In this document: one piece after another, positions 1-12,325 of the stretch
Layout: each line of letters opens with the position of its first letter
Numbering within the stretch: position 1 is the first letter of the stretch
DNA from: Macrostomum lignano
Taxonomy: Eukaryota
DNA: 64,000 nucleotides
Assembly: GCA_002269645.1 (NCBI GenBank)
Contig: NIVC01001890.1
Location: forward strand, 35,096 to 99,095
Direction: 5' to 3'
Position numbers and translations under genes: made by a program
Notes under the pieces: model-generated
Databases searched by the model: none
Told to the model about the DNA's origin: nothing
Seen by the model: only the letters and a program-made list of their open reading frames with translations

Positions 1-1136
1 TTGCGATTGCTACTATGAGTAGCTTGGCTACGCACAAATATACAGTTTGCTATTTATTAAGTCAAAAGGACGTTAAGACCGTAACATTAAGGGTTTATGG
101 AACGCCAACAAGGTTTTTACCATAGACTGTCTCGCCGTGACAAACAACGTTTAGCCTTGAAGCATTCAATCCATTGTATAGACTGACTAGACTGATTTTA
201 TAAGCTTGTATACAGTCCACTTAATGGTCACTAATTAGGCCCACTAAATAAGTAAGCTCCACTTCTTGCTAAATTATCATATACGAAGTTCTAAGTGAAG
301 TTCTATTTTTTTCCTATTTAAAAAAACGTCACTAGTAATCTTCGATTTCTTGACTTTTATGTTTCAAGGCTGATGAAGTTGTAGTTGATTTTTCTGTTGG
401 TAACTAGGCAAGATTTTAATAACTGTATCTAATACCATTTGCAGTTTTAAAAAATCCAAGTTTAAAAGTATTTTTATTTTTTTCGTTTTATAAAATCAAT
501 ATAGTAAAACAAATATACTTTTTAGCTTCCACTTTGTTCTTTATTAAGTAATGAACAGTTTAAATTATTTTTTTAGATTGTTCGGCATTTCCTATTAGTA
601 GCAGTACCAGTACTAGCAATAAACCAGTCATTTGAAATAATACATTTTCTTAATTAATAGTTGTAATCTAACTTGTGCAAAAGCCAAAACTTTCATTCCT
701 GCAAACGTTTGTCAGCGTTTTGTATTAAATAATAAAAATGCTTTCAGTGCCTGAATATAACTTTTGCCCCATGTCGAGTATCATATTTTAAATTGCAAAA
801 ATATTGTTTTTTAATAAATATTGAATTATTATTCTCACATTTCTTCCCACAAATAATAGTGTCGATTATCCGGTAATTCCTATTTTAAGTAGTCAAAAAT
901 GCGCTTGTTTATTTTTTATTGAGTTCTTTTTATTATTATATTTCTATATTATCTTTACAATTACAAGCATTACGGAATGCAAAAATAAATAGCCTGGATT
1001 TACCAGGTTGACTAAATCTCTTGGTCCCGTGTCTGCTCGAGTATCGTGTTTGAATTTTAGCGCTTTTATGGTTTTATTACTTCCGTTTTCCTATAATTTG
1101 CATAGATATTAACTCTAGGATTCGTTCTAATGGCAT

Positions 1137-1650
1137 GTGGCATAGAGTCTCCATATTCTAGTGGCATAGTCTCCATATTCTAGTGGCATAATAGTCTCCA
1201 TATTCTAGTGGCATAGAGTCTCCATATTCTAGTGGCATAGAGTCTCCATATTCTAGTGGCATAGAGTCTCCATATTCTAGTGGCATAGAGTCTCCATATT
1301 CTAGTGGCATAGAGTCTCCATATTCTAGTGGCATAGAGTCTCCATATTCTAGTGGCATAGAGTCTCCATATTCTAGTGGCATAATAGTCTCCATATTCTA
1401 GTGACATAGAGTATCCATATTCTAGTGGCATAGAGTCTCCATATTCTAGTGGCATAGAGTCTCCATATTCTAGTGGCATAGAGTATCCATATTCTAGTGG
1501 CATAATAGTCTCCATATCCTAGTGGCATAGAGTCTCCATATCCTAGTGGCATAGAGTCTCCATATTCTAGTGGCATAGAGTCTCCATATTCTAGTGGCAT
1601 AGAGTCTCCATATTCTAGTGGCATAGAGTCTCCATATTCTAGTGGCATAG
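1137..1650. repeat. 24-bp minisatellite (TAGTGGCATAGAGTCTCCATATTC), ~21 copies
   Basis: Direct tandem periodicity; occasional 25-bp variant units. Source of the spurious MPLEYGDS/YATRIWRL ORFs. Confidence 0.95.
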
Positions 1651-1671
1651 TAGAGTCTAATATCACAATGA

Positions 1672-1942
1672 CACAACACAAATGATACAATTCCAACACA
1701 CAACTGACACAAATCCAACACACAACTGACACAAATCCAACACACAACTGACACAAATCCAACACACACCTGACACAATTACAACACACAACTGACATAA
1801 TTACAACACACAACTGACACAATCCAACACACAACTGACACAAATCAAACACATAACTGACACAATTACAACACACAACTGACACAAATCCAACACACAA
1901 CTGAAACAATTACAACACACAACTGACACAATTACAACACCA
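1672..1942. repeat. ~22-bp CA-rich minisatellite (ACACAACTGACACAAATCCAAC) abutting the PFDN6 start
   Basis: Direct periodicity, ~12 copies. Confidence 0.9.
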
Positions 1943-1949
1943 ATCATTC

Positions 1950-2333
1950 ATGCCCATGGCTGAAGGCATTGAGAAACGCTTCCAAGCGGAGGTAGAGAAA
2001 TTGAAAGCTCTGCACGCTGAGCTAAGCAAAAGTGTACAAGCTGTACAGAAGCTGGAATCGCAAATGCAGGAGAACAAGTCGGTGCAAGAGGAGATGGAGC
2101 TACTGGGTTCCGATGCCGTCATCTACAAGCTCGAAGGTCCCGTACTAGTTAAACAGGACACCGCGGAAGCGTTGCAAAATGTTGGCAAACGAATCGGCTA
2201 CATTAAAGAGGAATCGAAGCGTCACGAAACTCAAATTAAAGATTTGGAGAAGAAGCGTGAAGAGCTTCAATCTGCGCTGGCCCGACTGCAGCAGCAGTTT
2301 CAGCAGGCGCAAGTTAAAGCGGCTGCTAGATAA
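1950..2333 (+). CDS. PFDN6: Prefoldin subunit 6 (beta-type, KE2), single coding exon; likely start is ATG 1956 (MAEG)
   Basis: Motifs QKLESQMQENKSVQEEMELL, VIYKLEGPVLVKQD and VGKRIGYIKEE match prefoldin-6; AATAAA at ~2483. Confidence 0.95.
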   Translation: MPMAEGIEKRFQAEVEKLKALHAELSKSVQAVQKLESQMQENKSVQEEMELLGSDAVIYKLEGPVLVKQDTAEALQNVGKRIGYIKEESKRHETQIKDLEKKREELQSALARLQQQFQQAQVKAAAR

Positions 2334-2815
2334 ATAAGCGGTTGTGTAGTTAATTGACTGACTGACTGATAGCTTAGCTTGATTAATAAGTTCTCAGCTT
2401 ACATATACCGGTATATATAATATTCTATGGAAGTAGGTGTATCGTTTGAGTAAACAAGCATTAATTGTTTTTTTTAATTTCAAATAAAACTATTTGTTGG
2501 CCTTTGTTGAATAACATTTTCCATCTGCGTATTATTATTTAATTTTGTCATGATTATTACTTATAGGCCTTAGATTAATTAGTTAATTGATCAAATTTTT
2601 ATGGTGTAGCCGCAGGTCGTTAGGCCACTGGATCAGTACCCATAGTTTTGTGGAGAGAAATTTGCACCATTTCACAGGAAGTTATATTGAATACCATACA
2701 GTAAGTGAAATTTAGCTATTAATTAATAATGCAAATTCTGTCAGCTAGTTTTCATATTTTATTCGTTTAACTTTGCGTTTGGCTGAGATCTTGCTTAAAC
2801 ACACATTTAAGCTAG

Positions 2816-2911
2816 GCAGACAAACTGACAGACAGACAGACACTGAGACACTAACACAGACAGACAGACATATAGATAGACAGACAAACAGATAGATAGA
2901 CAGGCAGACAA

Positions 2912-2950
<39 letters not shown>

Positions 2951-2955
2951 CACAC

Positions 2956-3002
<47 letters not shown>

Positions 3003-3059
3003 TACATACAGACACACAGACAGACAGACAGACAGACAGACACACAGACAGACAGACAC

Positions 3060-3090
<31 letters not shown>

Positions 3091-3091
3091 C
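2816..3091. repeat. (CAGA)n-type microsatellite
   Basis: Direct periodicity. Confidence 0.95.
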
Positions 3092-3359
3092 GAGTCTATA
3101 TTAATTAACCAGTATTATCCAGCGTTTGCGCTAGTAGAGCTAACAAGCACCCCCACCTCTAGTTGTCGGTATTCAGTTGGTTGCTGAGACTAATCTACAT
3201 TATTTGCGAGTAGAAGTCCTAAGCTGGTCACTCTGTGCATTTCTTGCTACCCTTGAGACAAGTCTCTAGCCACTAAAAATGAATAGAAGTTACAATAATA
3301 AAACGCATAACAACTTCATGTCCACTGTCAACAATCCCTGAACTAGCTAAGATCAAGAG

Positions 3360-6300
3360 ATGGATCCAATCCAATGCGAACATCTAGTAGCTTCGGCCGC
3401 GGCCGAGGAGCGAACCTGTCCAGTTTGTCTAGAAGAGATCGACTGCGCCAGAGTGCTGGACTGCGGACACTGCATGTGCGACACCTGCGCTGTCCGTTAT
3501 TGTAGAAATCTACTTGGTAGAAAGCGACCTACTATTAGTAGTCTGCTAGTTGTTGGTCCGGTTGCTTGTCCGAAATGTCGCGACGTTAGTCTGGTAGCGT
3601 TGGACTCGGCTAAGTCTTTGGTTGGCCTGCCGGAGACTGGGAAACTGACCGCTCTTGTGTCGGTTTGTCAAGGATTTGTCAACAATCCCAGTCTGTTTCT
3701 TGGAATTGAAGAGGACGTGACGGAGGATTGCGAAGAAGAACTGAGCGACGGTGAAGGCGGCAGAATTACTGGCGACGGTGATCTGGAGGCTAGGTAGGTT
3801 TTATTACACTTGCAATGGTATATGTTTTCTATTGTCTTGGATCTATAGACAGACAAGCTCTCTAACAGTGATCTATAGACACTAGCAGGCTCTTTAACAG
3901 TGATCTATAGACAGGCGGGCTCTCTAACAGTGATCTATAGACATGCAGGCTCTTTACCAGCGATCTATGGGCACTAATAACAGGCTCTTTAACAGTGATC
4001 TATAGACACTAGCAGGCTCTTTAACAGTGATCTATAGACACTAACAGGCTCTTTAACAGTGATCTATAGACACTAGCAGGCTCTTTAACAGTGATCTATA
4101 GACAGGCGGGCTCTCTAACAGTGATCTATAGACATGCAGGCTCTTTACCAGCGATCTATGGGCACTAATAACAGGCTCTTTAACAGTGATCTATAGACAC
4201 TAGCAGGCTCTTTAAAAGTGATTTATAGACAGGCGGGCTCTCTAACAGTGATCTATAGACACTAGCAGGCTCTTTAAAAGTGATCTATAGACAGGCGGGC
4301 TCTCTAACAGTGATCTATAGACACTAGCAGGCTCTCTAACAGTGATCTATAGACACTAACAGTCTCTTTAACAGTGATCTATAGACACTAGCAGGCTCTT
4401 TAAAAGTGATCTATAGACAGGCGGGCTCTCTAACAGTGATCTATAGACACTAGCAGGCTCTCTAACGGTGATCTATAGACACTAAGTCTCTTTAACAGTG
4501 ATCTATAGACACTAGCAGGCTCTTTAAAAGTGATCTATAGACAGGCGGGCTCTCTAACAGTGATCTATAGACACTAGCAGGCTCTCTAACGGTGATCTAT
4601 AGACACTAAGTCTCTTTAACAGTGATCTATAGACACTAGCAGGCTCTTTAAAAGTGATCTATAGACATGCAGGCTCTTTACCAGTGATCTATAGACACTA
4701 ATAACAGGCTCTTTAACAGTGATCTATAGACATACATGCTCTCTAACAGTGATCTATGGACGGGTGGTGATCTACAGACAAATATCTTCTATTAAAGTTA
4801 TCTAAAAACTTGCTCTCTAACAAATTTGATCCATAGACAGGAATATTCTCTGACAGAGGCCTATAGAGGCGGTGCATTCTGAATTAGCAGTAGTATTCTT
4901 TATGCACAAATTTTCAAAGCCATTCACCTCGCAACCAGACTGCAGGCCCGTCTCCAGTCGGCCGGCCAGGAGCTGTCCAATCTGCGTCAGGAGTCGCGCA
5001 ATCTGCGCCAAGAAATTCGAGCCCAAGCTTCAATGGCCGCCGCTGAAACCGAAACGGAAACCGAAAATTCGAACGAGGCAGAAGCGATCGATTCGCTGGT
5101 TCGACGTCTATCGTCGATTTTCTCCGGCCCAGCCGATCGACTTGTCCGTCGTCAAGAGGCCGCCAGGCTGCGTTTAGAAGCCGCTTGGCTTCGGCTTCGT
5201 TGCCTACAATTTGCTCGCAGTTGCTATGGCAACGGTTTCCTAGGCAATTTTGCTGAAGCTTGGCGAACTGTTGCTTCAAATTCGGCCGAAGTTAAACGGG
5301 CCGCCGATCCGACTGCTTGGGATGATGCAGCTTTGCAGCTTCGTCGGGACTCTTTTGTTGCTTGGGCAATCGCCGTTGCTAAGGACGCTAGTAAAGATGG
5401 TGCCCTGGATTCTGAGGAGACTGTGACAGCTGCTGTAGCCGCGGCCGCTGCTGCTGCCGCCACTGATAGGTCTGGAGCGGCTGGCGCTACCGGGACCTTG
5501 AGTCCGGTATCAGCTGAAGGTCAAGGACGCATAGTTCAAACTAAACTGCTGTGGCGAGTGGGTCGTGGGGGCGAAGGGCCGCTGGAGTTCCGCTGGCCAG
5601 TGCACGCTAATTTTGTGTCGAACGATCGCGTGGCCGTCTGCGATAAGAATAACTGCAGGGTGCAGCTGCTGAGCTTGAAGACTGGGGAGTTCATACAGTT
5701 TATGGGCAGCGGCTGCTTGAAGCCGAGGCGGATTCTGCAGGTGAGAACAGAATCAGATGCCTATATTATTGTGTACTTCATCATCCTAAAATCTACAACT
5801 CCATAAACTTTCAGAGTCAAAACGGCAAATTCTACGTTTGCGATGAGAATGCAGCCTGCGTGAAAGTGTTCAACGAGCAGTTGGAGCTGGTTGGCAGACT
5901 GGGAGATGGCATCTTTCACTGTCCGTCGGGTGAGAGTTGGTGTACTTTTAATTTGGCCTCTGTCGCCCTCCCAGATCATCAGTTCCTGGGCCACCAGCCT
6001 CCCAGATCCTCAGTTTCTGGGCCAGCCTCCAGATCCTCAGTTGCTGGGCCAGCCTCCCAGACCCTCAGTTGCTGGGCCAGCCTCCCAGACCCTCAGTTGC
6101 TGGGCCAGCCTCCAGATCCTCAGTTGCTGGGCCAGCCTCCCTGGTCCTCAGTTGCTGGGCCAGCCTCCCAGATCCTCAGTTGCTGGGCCAGCCTCCCTGG
6201 TCCTCAGTTGCTGGGCCAGCCTCCCAGACCCTCAGTTGCTGGGCCAGCCTCCCAGACCCTCAGTTGCTGGGCCAGTCTCCCAAATCCCAGTTTCTGGACC

Positions 6301-7961
6301 AGTCTCCCAGATCCTCAGTTTCTGGGCCAGCCTCCAGATCCTCAGTTTCTGGGCCAGCCTCCAGATCCTCAGTTGCTGGGCCAGCCTCCCAGACCCTCAG
6401 TTGCTGGGCCAGCCTCCCAGACCCTCAGTTGCTGGGCCAGTCTCCCAAATCCCAGTTTCTGGACCAGTCTCCCAGATCCTCAGTTTCTGGGCCAGCCTTC
6501 CAGATTCTCGTTGCTGGGCCGGGCCAGCCCCTCAATTTCCATTCCCAGGCATTTAATAAAGTCACCCAGAAGAATCAATGTCATTCAAACTAACCGCAGG
6601 CATCGCCGAGACACGCAACGGTCACATAGTGCTGTCAGATCTGGACCACGCATTCGTGGTGGTCATCAGCCCGGACACCGGGGAGATTGTGCGCAAATTC
6701 CACACCCGCCTGGCAGGCGATGACTATATTCCGTCGCCGCATTTCGTATCGTTGGACGATGACGATTTCATATTGGTGTCCGACAGTTTGAATAATACTG
6801 TTAAGGTAGATTCTCTATGCGATTGTGTACTTACTGAATGCACGATTTATCAACAGACTGGCTGTCAGACAGAAACAGCAGACAGCCAGGCGGACACAGC
6901 AAACAGGCAGGCACAGCAGATAGGCAGGCACAGCAGATAGGCAGACACACATCAGATAGGCAGACACACATCAGATAGGCAGACACAGCAGACAGACAGA
7001 CAGGCAGACACAGCAGATAGGCAGGCAGACACAGCAGACAGACAGGCAGACACAGCAGACAGGCAGACAGCAGACAATTAGACAGACAGTCAGGGAGACA
7101 CAACAGAGAGCAAACAGACACAGCAGACTGTCAGACAGACAGAGAGACTGGCAGACAGCAGACAATTAGACAGACAGGCAGGGAGACACAACAGAGGGCA
7201 GACAGACACAGCAGACTGTCAGAGAGACTGGCAGACAGCAGACAATTAGACAGACAGGCAGGGAGACACAACAGAGGGCAGACAGACACAGCAGACTGTC
7301 AGACAGACAGGCAGGAAGACACAACAGAGACAGACACAGAGGGCAAACAGACACAGCAGACTGTCAGACAGACAGGCAGGAAGACACAACAGAGACAGAC
7401 ACAGAGGGCAGACAGACACAGCAGACTGTCAGACAGGCAGAGAGACACAACAGAGACAGACACAGAGGGCAAACAGACACAGCAGACTGTCAGACAGACA
7501 GGCAGGGAGACACAACAGAGACAGACACAGCAGACTGTCAAACAGACAGGCAGGGAGACACAACAGAGACAGACACAGAGTACAAACAGACACAGCAGGC
7601 TGTCACAGCAGACTCCCTTCTACCGCAACAGATCTTCGATCCGCGCGGCCGAATCTCCGGCCGAATCCGCGGCTTTAAATGTCCCCGCGGCCTGGCCGTG
7701 GACCACCGCGGCAACCTGCTAGTAGTGAACGCCGACACCCACTCGGTGTCGCTGTTCACCAGCCTTGGCAAGCATCTGCAGCTAGTGCTGTCAGCTCGAG
7801 ACGGGCTGAACTTTCCAATGTCGGCCGCCTTCGACAAGGACCGACACCAGCTGTTGTTGACGCAGTGCAACGTCTATGGCCAGTGCGAGGTTCTGCTGTA
7901 CCAGATGGAGTATCTGGACAACGAGGTAGACGACGTCAAGGACGCCATCAAAGACGTTTAA
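3360..7961 (+). CDS. RING(C3HC4)-coiled coil-NHL repeat E3 ligase (TRIM-NHL/malin-like, no evident B-box), ~628 aa; exons 3360-3793, 4939-5740, 5815-5929, 6600-6805, 7632-7961
   Basis: CPVC..CGHCMCDTC..CPKC RING; heptad segment LQARLQSAGQELSNLRQE; NHL-type repeats (F.WPVHA..NDRVAVCDKNNCRVQ; GKFYVCDENAACVKVF; GIAETRNGHIVLSD; PRGLAVDHRGNLLVVNADTHSVSLF). GT-AG junctions in phases 2, 0, 1, 0 give one open frame. Confidence 0.85.
3839..4780. repeat. ~29-34-bp minisatellite (ACAGTGATCTATAGACACTAGCAGGCTCTTTA) in intron 1 of the RING-NHL gene
   Basis: Direct periodicity with variant units. Confidence 0.93.
5968..6528 (+). repeat. 28-bp minisatellite family A (CCTCCCAGATCCTCAGTTGCTGGGCCAG) in intron 3 of the RING-NHL gene
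   Basis: Direct periodicity; same family at 12967-13238 and 51098-51337. Confidence 0.93.
6855..7612. repeat. CAGA-derived compound repeat in intron 4 of the RING-NHL gene
   Basis: Recurrent GACAGACACAGCAGACTGTCAGACAG blocks. Confidence 0.88.
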
Positions 7962-8913
7962 GTAGACGAGGGAACTAAGAAGACAATACTGTTTTGAAAC
8001 TGAACATCATCTTCTATGCATATATACTACTTACTATAATCGACCTAAGTGCGGTAGTATCGGTTGAGAAAATATGTAATATAAATCATTTCTTCGTCTT
8101 TTGCAGGCATTGTGAAAATTTCAGCATTTTCTCATGGGTGACATTTCGCATACTATTACGACTGTTTTTTTGTTTGTTGTGATCGTGCACTGCATCATGA
8201 TTGATTAATTCAAGAACTTTTATCACTTTTTTCAACTATTCGCTGTTATTAATCAGTAGCTAGGACTGTAGCACCCAACCGACCTTGGCTTGAATAAAAA
8301 TATTTCCGACGAATGTTGCGTCATTTTCGTACACCTAATCGATATTAATTAGTAGTAGTAGCAGCAGCACACTGAAATCGTGTCGCGTCATTATTTTTTT
8401 AAAACCTTAATGACTACGTGAGTCACTACAATAACCCGATTATCAACACTATTCGCTATGCGTCCATCTCTGTACAATTTGAATTACTGTATATTCTTTT
8501 CAATCTTATCCAAAAAATTCATACCTACATATACTCTTAGTGTTTTGTCATTGCCTCAATCAGTGTAGATATAGTAAACCTGTCTAATTCATGAAATAAA
8601 ATTCGATGCCATTTTACATTATGAAAATCGACAACTCAAAAAATAGGGAAAAGCTGAATTTAAGTCATTTATTGATTAAGGACAACAAATCATTCATCTT
8701 ATTTCGAAATTGAAAAACTCCACAACATGAAATTTGAGTTTTATATTTATTAATTCTAGTTTGGCTCGCAAGCCAGGAAGAATTCAACTGATTTTACAAT
8801 TTACGCCATGAACGATGAAAAACCTTTTTGACTAGGCTTTGGGTAACTGGGTTTGTTATTGGCTTTGCGCTGATTCGGTTTGGCATGTTCTCGTGCTGGT
8901 CGCCTGGCCACTC

Positions 8914-9267
8914 GGGGTGGTTCAGGGGCGATTCTCAGGGTGTTTCAGGGGCGATTCTTAGGGTGGTTCAGGGGCGATTCTTAGGGTGGTTCAGGGGCGA
9001 TTCTCAGGGTGTTTCAGGGGCGATTCTCAGGGTGGTTCAGGGGCGATTCTCAGGGTGGTTCGGGGGCGATTCTCAGGGTGGTTCAAGGGCGATTCTTCGG
9101 GTAGTCAAGGGGCGATTCTCAGGGTAGTCAAGGGGCGACTCTTAGGGTGGTTCAGGGGCGATTCTTAGGGTGGTTCAGGGGCGATTAGGGTGGTTTAGGG
9201 GCGATTCTTAGGGTCGTTTAGGGGCGACTCTTAGGGTGGTTTAGGGGCGATTCTTAGTGTGGTTCAG
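8914..9267. repeat. 23-bp G-rich minisatellite (GGGGCGATTCTYAGGGTGGTTCA)
   Basis: Direct periodicity, ~15 copies, between the convergent RING-NHL and GOSR2 3' ends. Confidence 0.92.
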
Positions 9268-9648
9268 ATTGTTTTATTATTCAATGAGAAAAGCGAACAA
9301 GGAATGATAAATTTTCGCACCGTAATGAGTGACAATTGCTAATCAAATCAACAGTCAAAGACAGACACTTTCAAAAGAAAACGAATATCTATTAAAACTA
9401 ATTTTAATCAGTATGGCCCAACTCCTAAGACAGCAGCATATTATGAATACTAATAGTACTTGTAATAAAATCAATAATTACCAGCTCTAGTGACAGAAAG
9501 TATTTATTAAATAATTATTTCACCGTAGCCGCATACTGAGAGAATGCAATAAGTTAATCATAAAATAAGGTTAGAATTCTTTGCATCATTCAAAACTCAA
9601 TCTTACCAACTCTACTCATAGTAGTATGTAATAATGAAGTGCAGCTAT

Positions 9649-10765
9649 TTAGCTATAGTGCCGCCACACTAAAAACATAATCAACAGGGTGACAAAACAG
9701 CCAACAAAAAATAGAGCTTTGTCCTGCGACCCTCGGCGTTCAATTAGTCGCATCAGAGTGCCCGACAAGCCCAGGGTGTTAAGCACGCCCAGCATGCCGC
9801 GATGCGCTCGTTTCAGCATTGCCCGCTGATCGCCCAAATTGTCTAGCACTGAACGGCCCTGCGCTAGCATATCGTCTACTCGCTTATTAGCGGTATTTAA
9901 ACTGTCATTGTGAGCCAGTGAGCGATCGATTAGCACCGAAGTAGAGTCGTTTGGCGTAAATGAAGTACGCAATAGAGCCTCGCGTTCGCGCTCCTCGTTC
10001 TCGCGGGCGACGCTGAAATTTCGGGTAGATAAGGCGTGGGATTGAATTATTAATCTAATCATGCACCCACCCCATTTTAACTGTTTTATTGACCGCCAAG
10101 TACAACTGAGACAGAACCTTACACCGACACCACTCCGCCTGTTTATTACACCCACCAAGCCAAACTCAGACAGAACTAACACCCACCCACTCCGCATGTT
10201 TATTACCCCCGCCAAGCCAAACTCAGACAGAACCAACACCCACTCCGCTCCGCCTGTTTATTACCCCCGCCAAGCCAAACTGAGACAGAACCAACACCCA
10301 CCCACTCCGCATGTTTATTACCCCCGCCAAGCCAAACTCAGACAGAACCAACACCCACTCCGCTCCGCCTGTTTATTACCCCCGCCAAGCCAAACTGAGA
10401 CAGAACCAACACCCACCCACTCCGCATGTTTATTACCCCCGCCAAGCCAAACTCAGACAGAACCAACACCCACTCCGCTCCGCTCACCGCCTATGCTGCA
10501 GTTGTCTCAGACTAGCCTGCAAATGCTGACAATCGTAACGAAATTGATCGGCACGCAATTTAGCCTGCTGCCTACGCACTGCCGGCTGTTTGCCAACAAG
10601 AATATCGAGCCTGTCGCATTCGGAACAGAATCGATCTATTAAGCATTGGGCCTCGCGTTCGGCGGCCGGGGCGGCGTCCTGTGGACTTTGTTCGACTCGT
10701 TGTAGGGCGGCTTCGATTTCTCGGATTAATCGAGACGTCTGTTGAAATTGCTGATCAATGCTCAT
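9649..10765 (-). CDS. GOSR2: Golgi SNAP receptor 2 / membrin / Bos1 (Qb-SNARE), 213 aa; exons 10765-10488, 10012-9649
   Basis: N-terminal Habc (..KQPAVRRQQAKLRADQFRYDCQHLQASLRQLQHRR), EEREREALL, SNARE motif VDDMLAQGRSVLDNLGDQRAMLK, LNTLGLSGTLMRLIERR and a C-terminal TM segment; phase-2 GT-AG intron. Confidence 0.93.
10100..10485. repeat. ~57-bp minisatellite family B in the GOSR2 intron
   Basis: Unit GTTTATTACCCCCGCCAAGCCAAACTSAGACAGAACCAACACCCAC...; related array at 11515-12247. Confidence 0.92.
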
Positions 10766-11514
10766 TTGGTGGGCTTCTCTTTTGTCTGTCTAACAACATG
10801 AATTCAACAATATAGTTTTGTTTAAGTTATACACATTAGATTATACACTTACGTATTTCTAACTTCTACCCTACTGGCTGCTGCTAATCATATGAAAAAA
10901 AATAAAAAAACTCGTAAGCCACAATCCGTTCCAGAAAGAAAAAATCATAAACAGTAACTTGTATATTATATATTTAAGTTTCCCAGGCACCAAAAAAACA
11001 TCTCTCATTAGGAATAACATTTTTATGGTTAATTATAATTTCAAAACACACGCGAACAGAAACAAACCGAAAAAATGACCCTCGCACTAAAAACACAGAC
11101 TTCGTAATAGGCGAATGAACAATGCGATTTTAACCTGTCCAAGTTTTTTAATAAGATAAATTATTTTTTACTTTGAGTAACGTAATAATAATAATGACGC
11201 CGACTAAACGTCTAAGGGGTGGATTATATAGCAAATAGATATAGAGAGTTGAGACCAACCAACACAACAACAGCAAGAGCAGTTCACAACTATAACAAAC
11301 GACACAACGGAAATCAGTCAGTCTAAAACAAAAACAGTTAACTGAGTCTATTCCAATTTGTTTAAATCTCAGAATTCAACTGCACCTTTTTTACCTCCGT
11401 TTTCAAAAAAGATGGATGAACATTGTATTAAGGAATCAATTTACACATTGCTCCTTTAGCAGTTCAGACAGCCTAGATAAGCACCCATCCAACTCCGACA
11501 AGCTTAAAATAGAG

Positions 11515-12247
11515 CACCCACCCCACTCCGGCTTTTTATTACTCCCCCGCCAAGCAAAACTGAGGCTAACCCAACACCCACCTCCGCTTGTTTATTACTC
11601 CGCTCCGCCAAGCCAAACTGAGGCTAACCCAACACCCACCTCCGCTTGTTTATTACTCCCCCGCCAAGCCAAACTGAGGCTGACCCAACACCCACCTCTG
11701 CTTGTTTATTACTCCGCCCCGCCAAGCCAAACTGAGGCTAACCCAACACCCACCTCCGCTTGTTTATTACTCCGCTCCGCCAAGCCAAACTGAGGCTAAC
11801 CCAACACCCACCTCCGCTTGTTTATTACTCCCCCGCCAAGCCAAACTGAGGCTGACCCAACACCCACCTCTGCTTGTTTATTACTCCGCTCCGCCAAGCC
11901 AAACTGAGGCTGACCCAACACCCACCTCTGCTTGTTTATTACTCCGCTCCGCCAAGCCAAACTGAGGCTGACCCAACACCCACCTCTGCTTGTTTATTAC
12001 TCCGCTCCGCCAAGCCAAACTGAGGCTGACCCAACACCCACCTCTGCTTGTTTATTACTCCCCCGCCAAGCCAAACTGAGGCTGAACCAACACCCACCTC
12101 CGCGTGTTTTTTACTCCCCCGCCAAGCCAAACTGAGGCTGAACCAACACCCACCTCCGCGTGTTTTTTACTCCCCCGCCAAGCCAAACTGAGGCTGACCC
12201 AACACCCACCTCCGCGTGTTTTTTACTCCCCCGCCAAGCCAAACTGA
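11515..12247. repeat. ~57-bp minisatellite family B between the SRP68 stop and GOSR2
   Basis: Unit CTTGTTTATTACTCCSC..CGCCAAGCCAAACTGAGGCTGACCCAACACCCACCTC, ~13 copies. Confidence 0.92.
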
Positions 12248-12325
12248 ATTCCCAGCCGGGACGGAATCCAAATCCTACGCTTAAAGTTAGGGGTAAATAA
12301 AAGGTGCAATAACACTTCTCTCCAA

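Noticed and set aside
1158-1909. Repetitive ORFs (MPLEYGDS, YATRIWRL)
   Set aside because: Minisatellite translation with no coding context.
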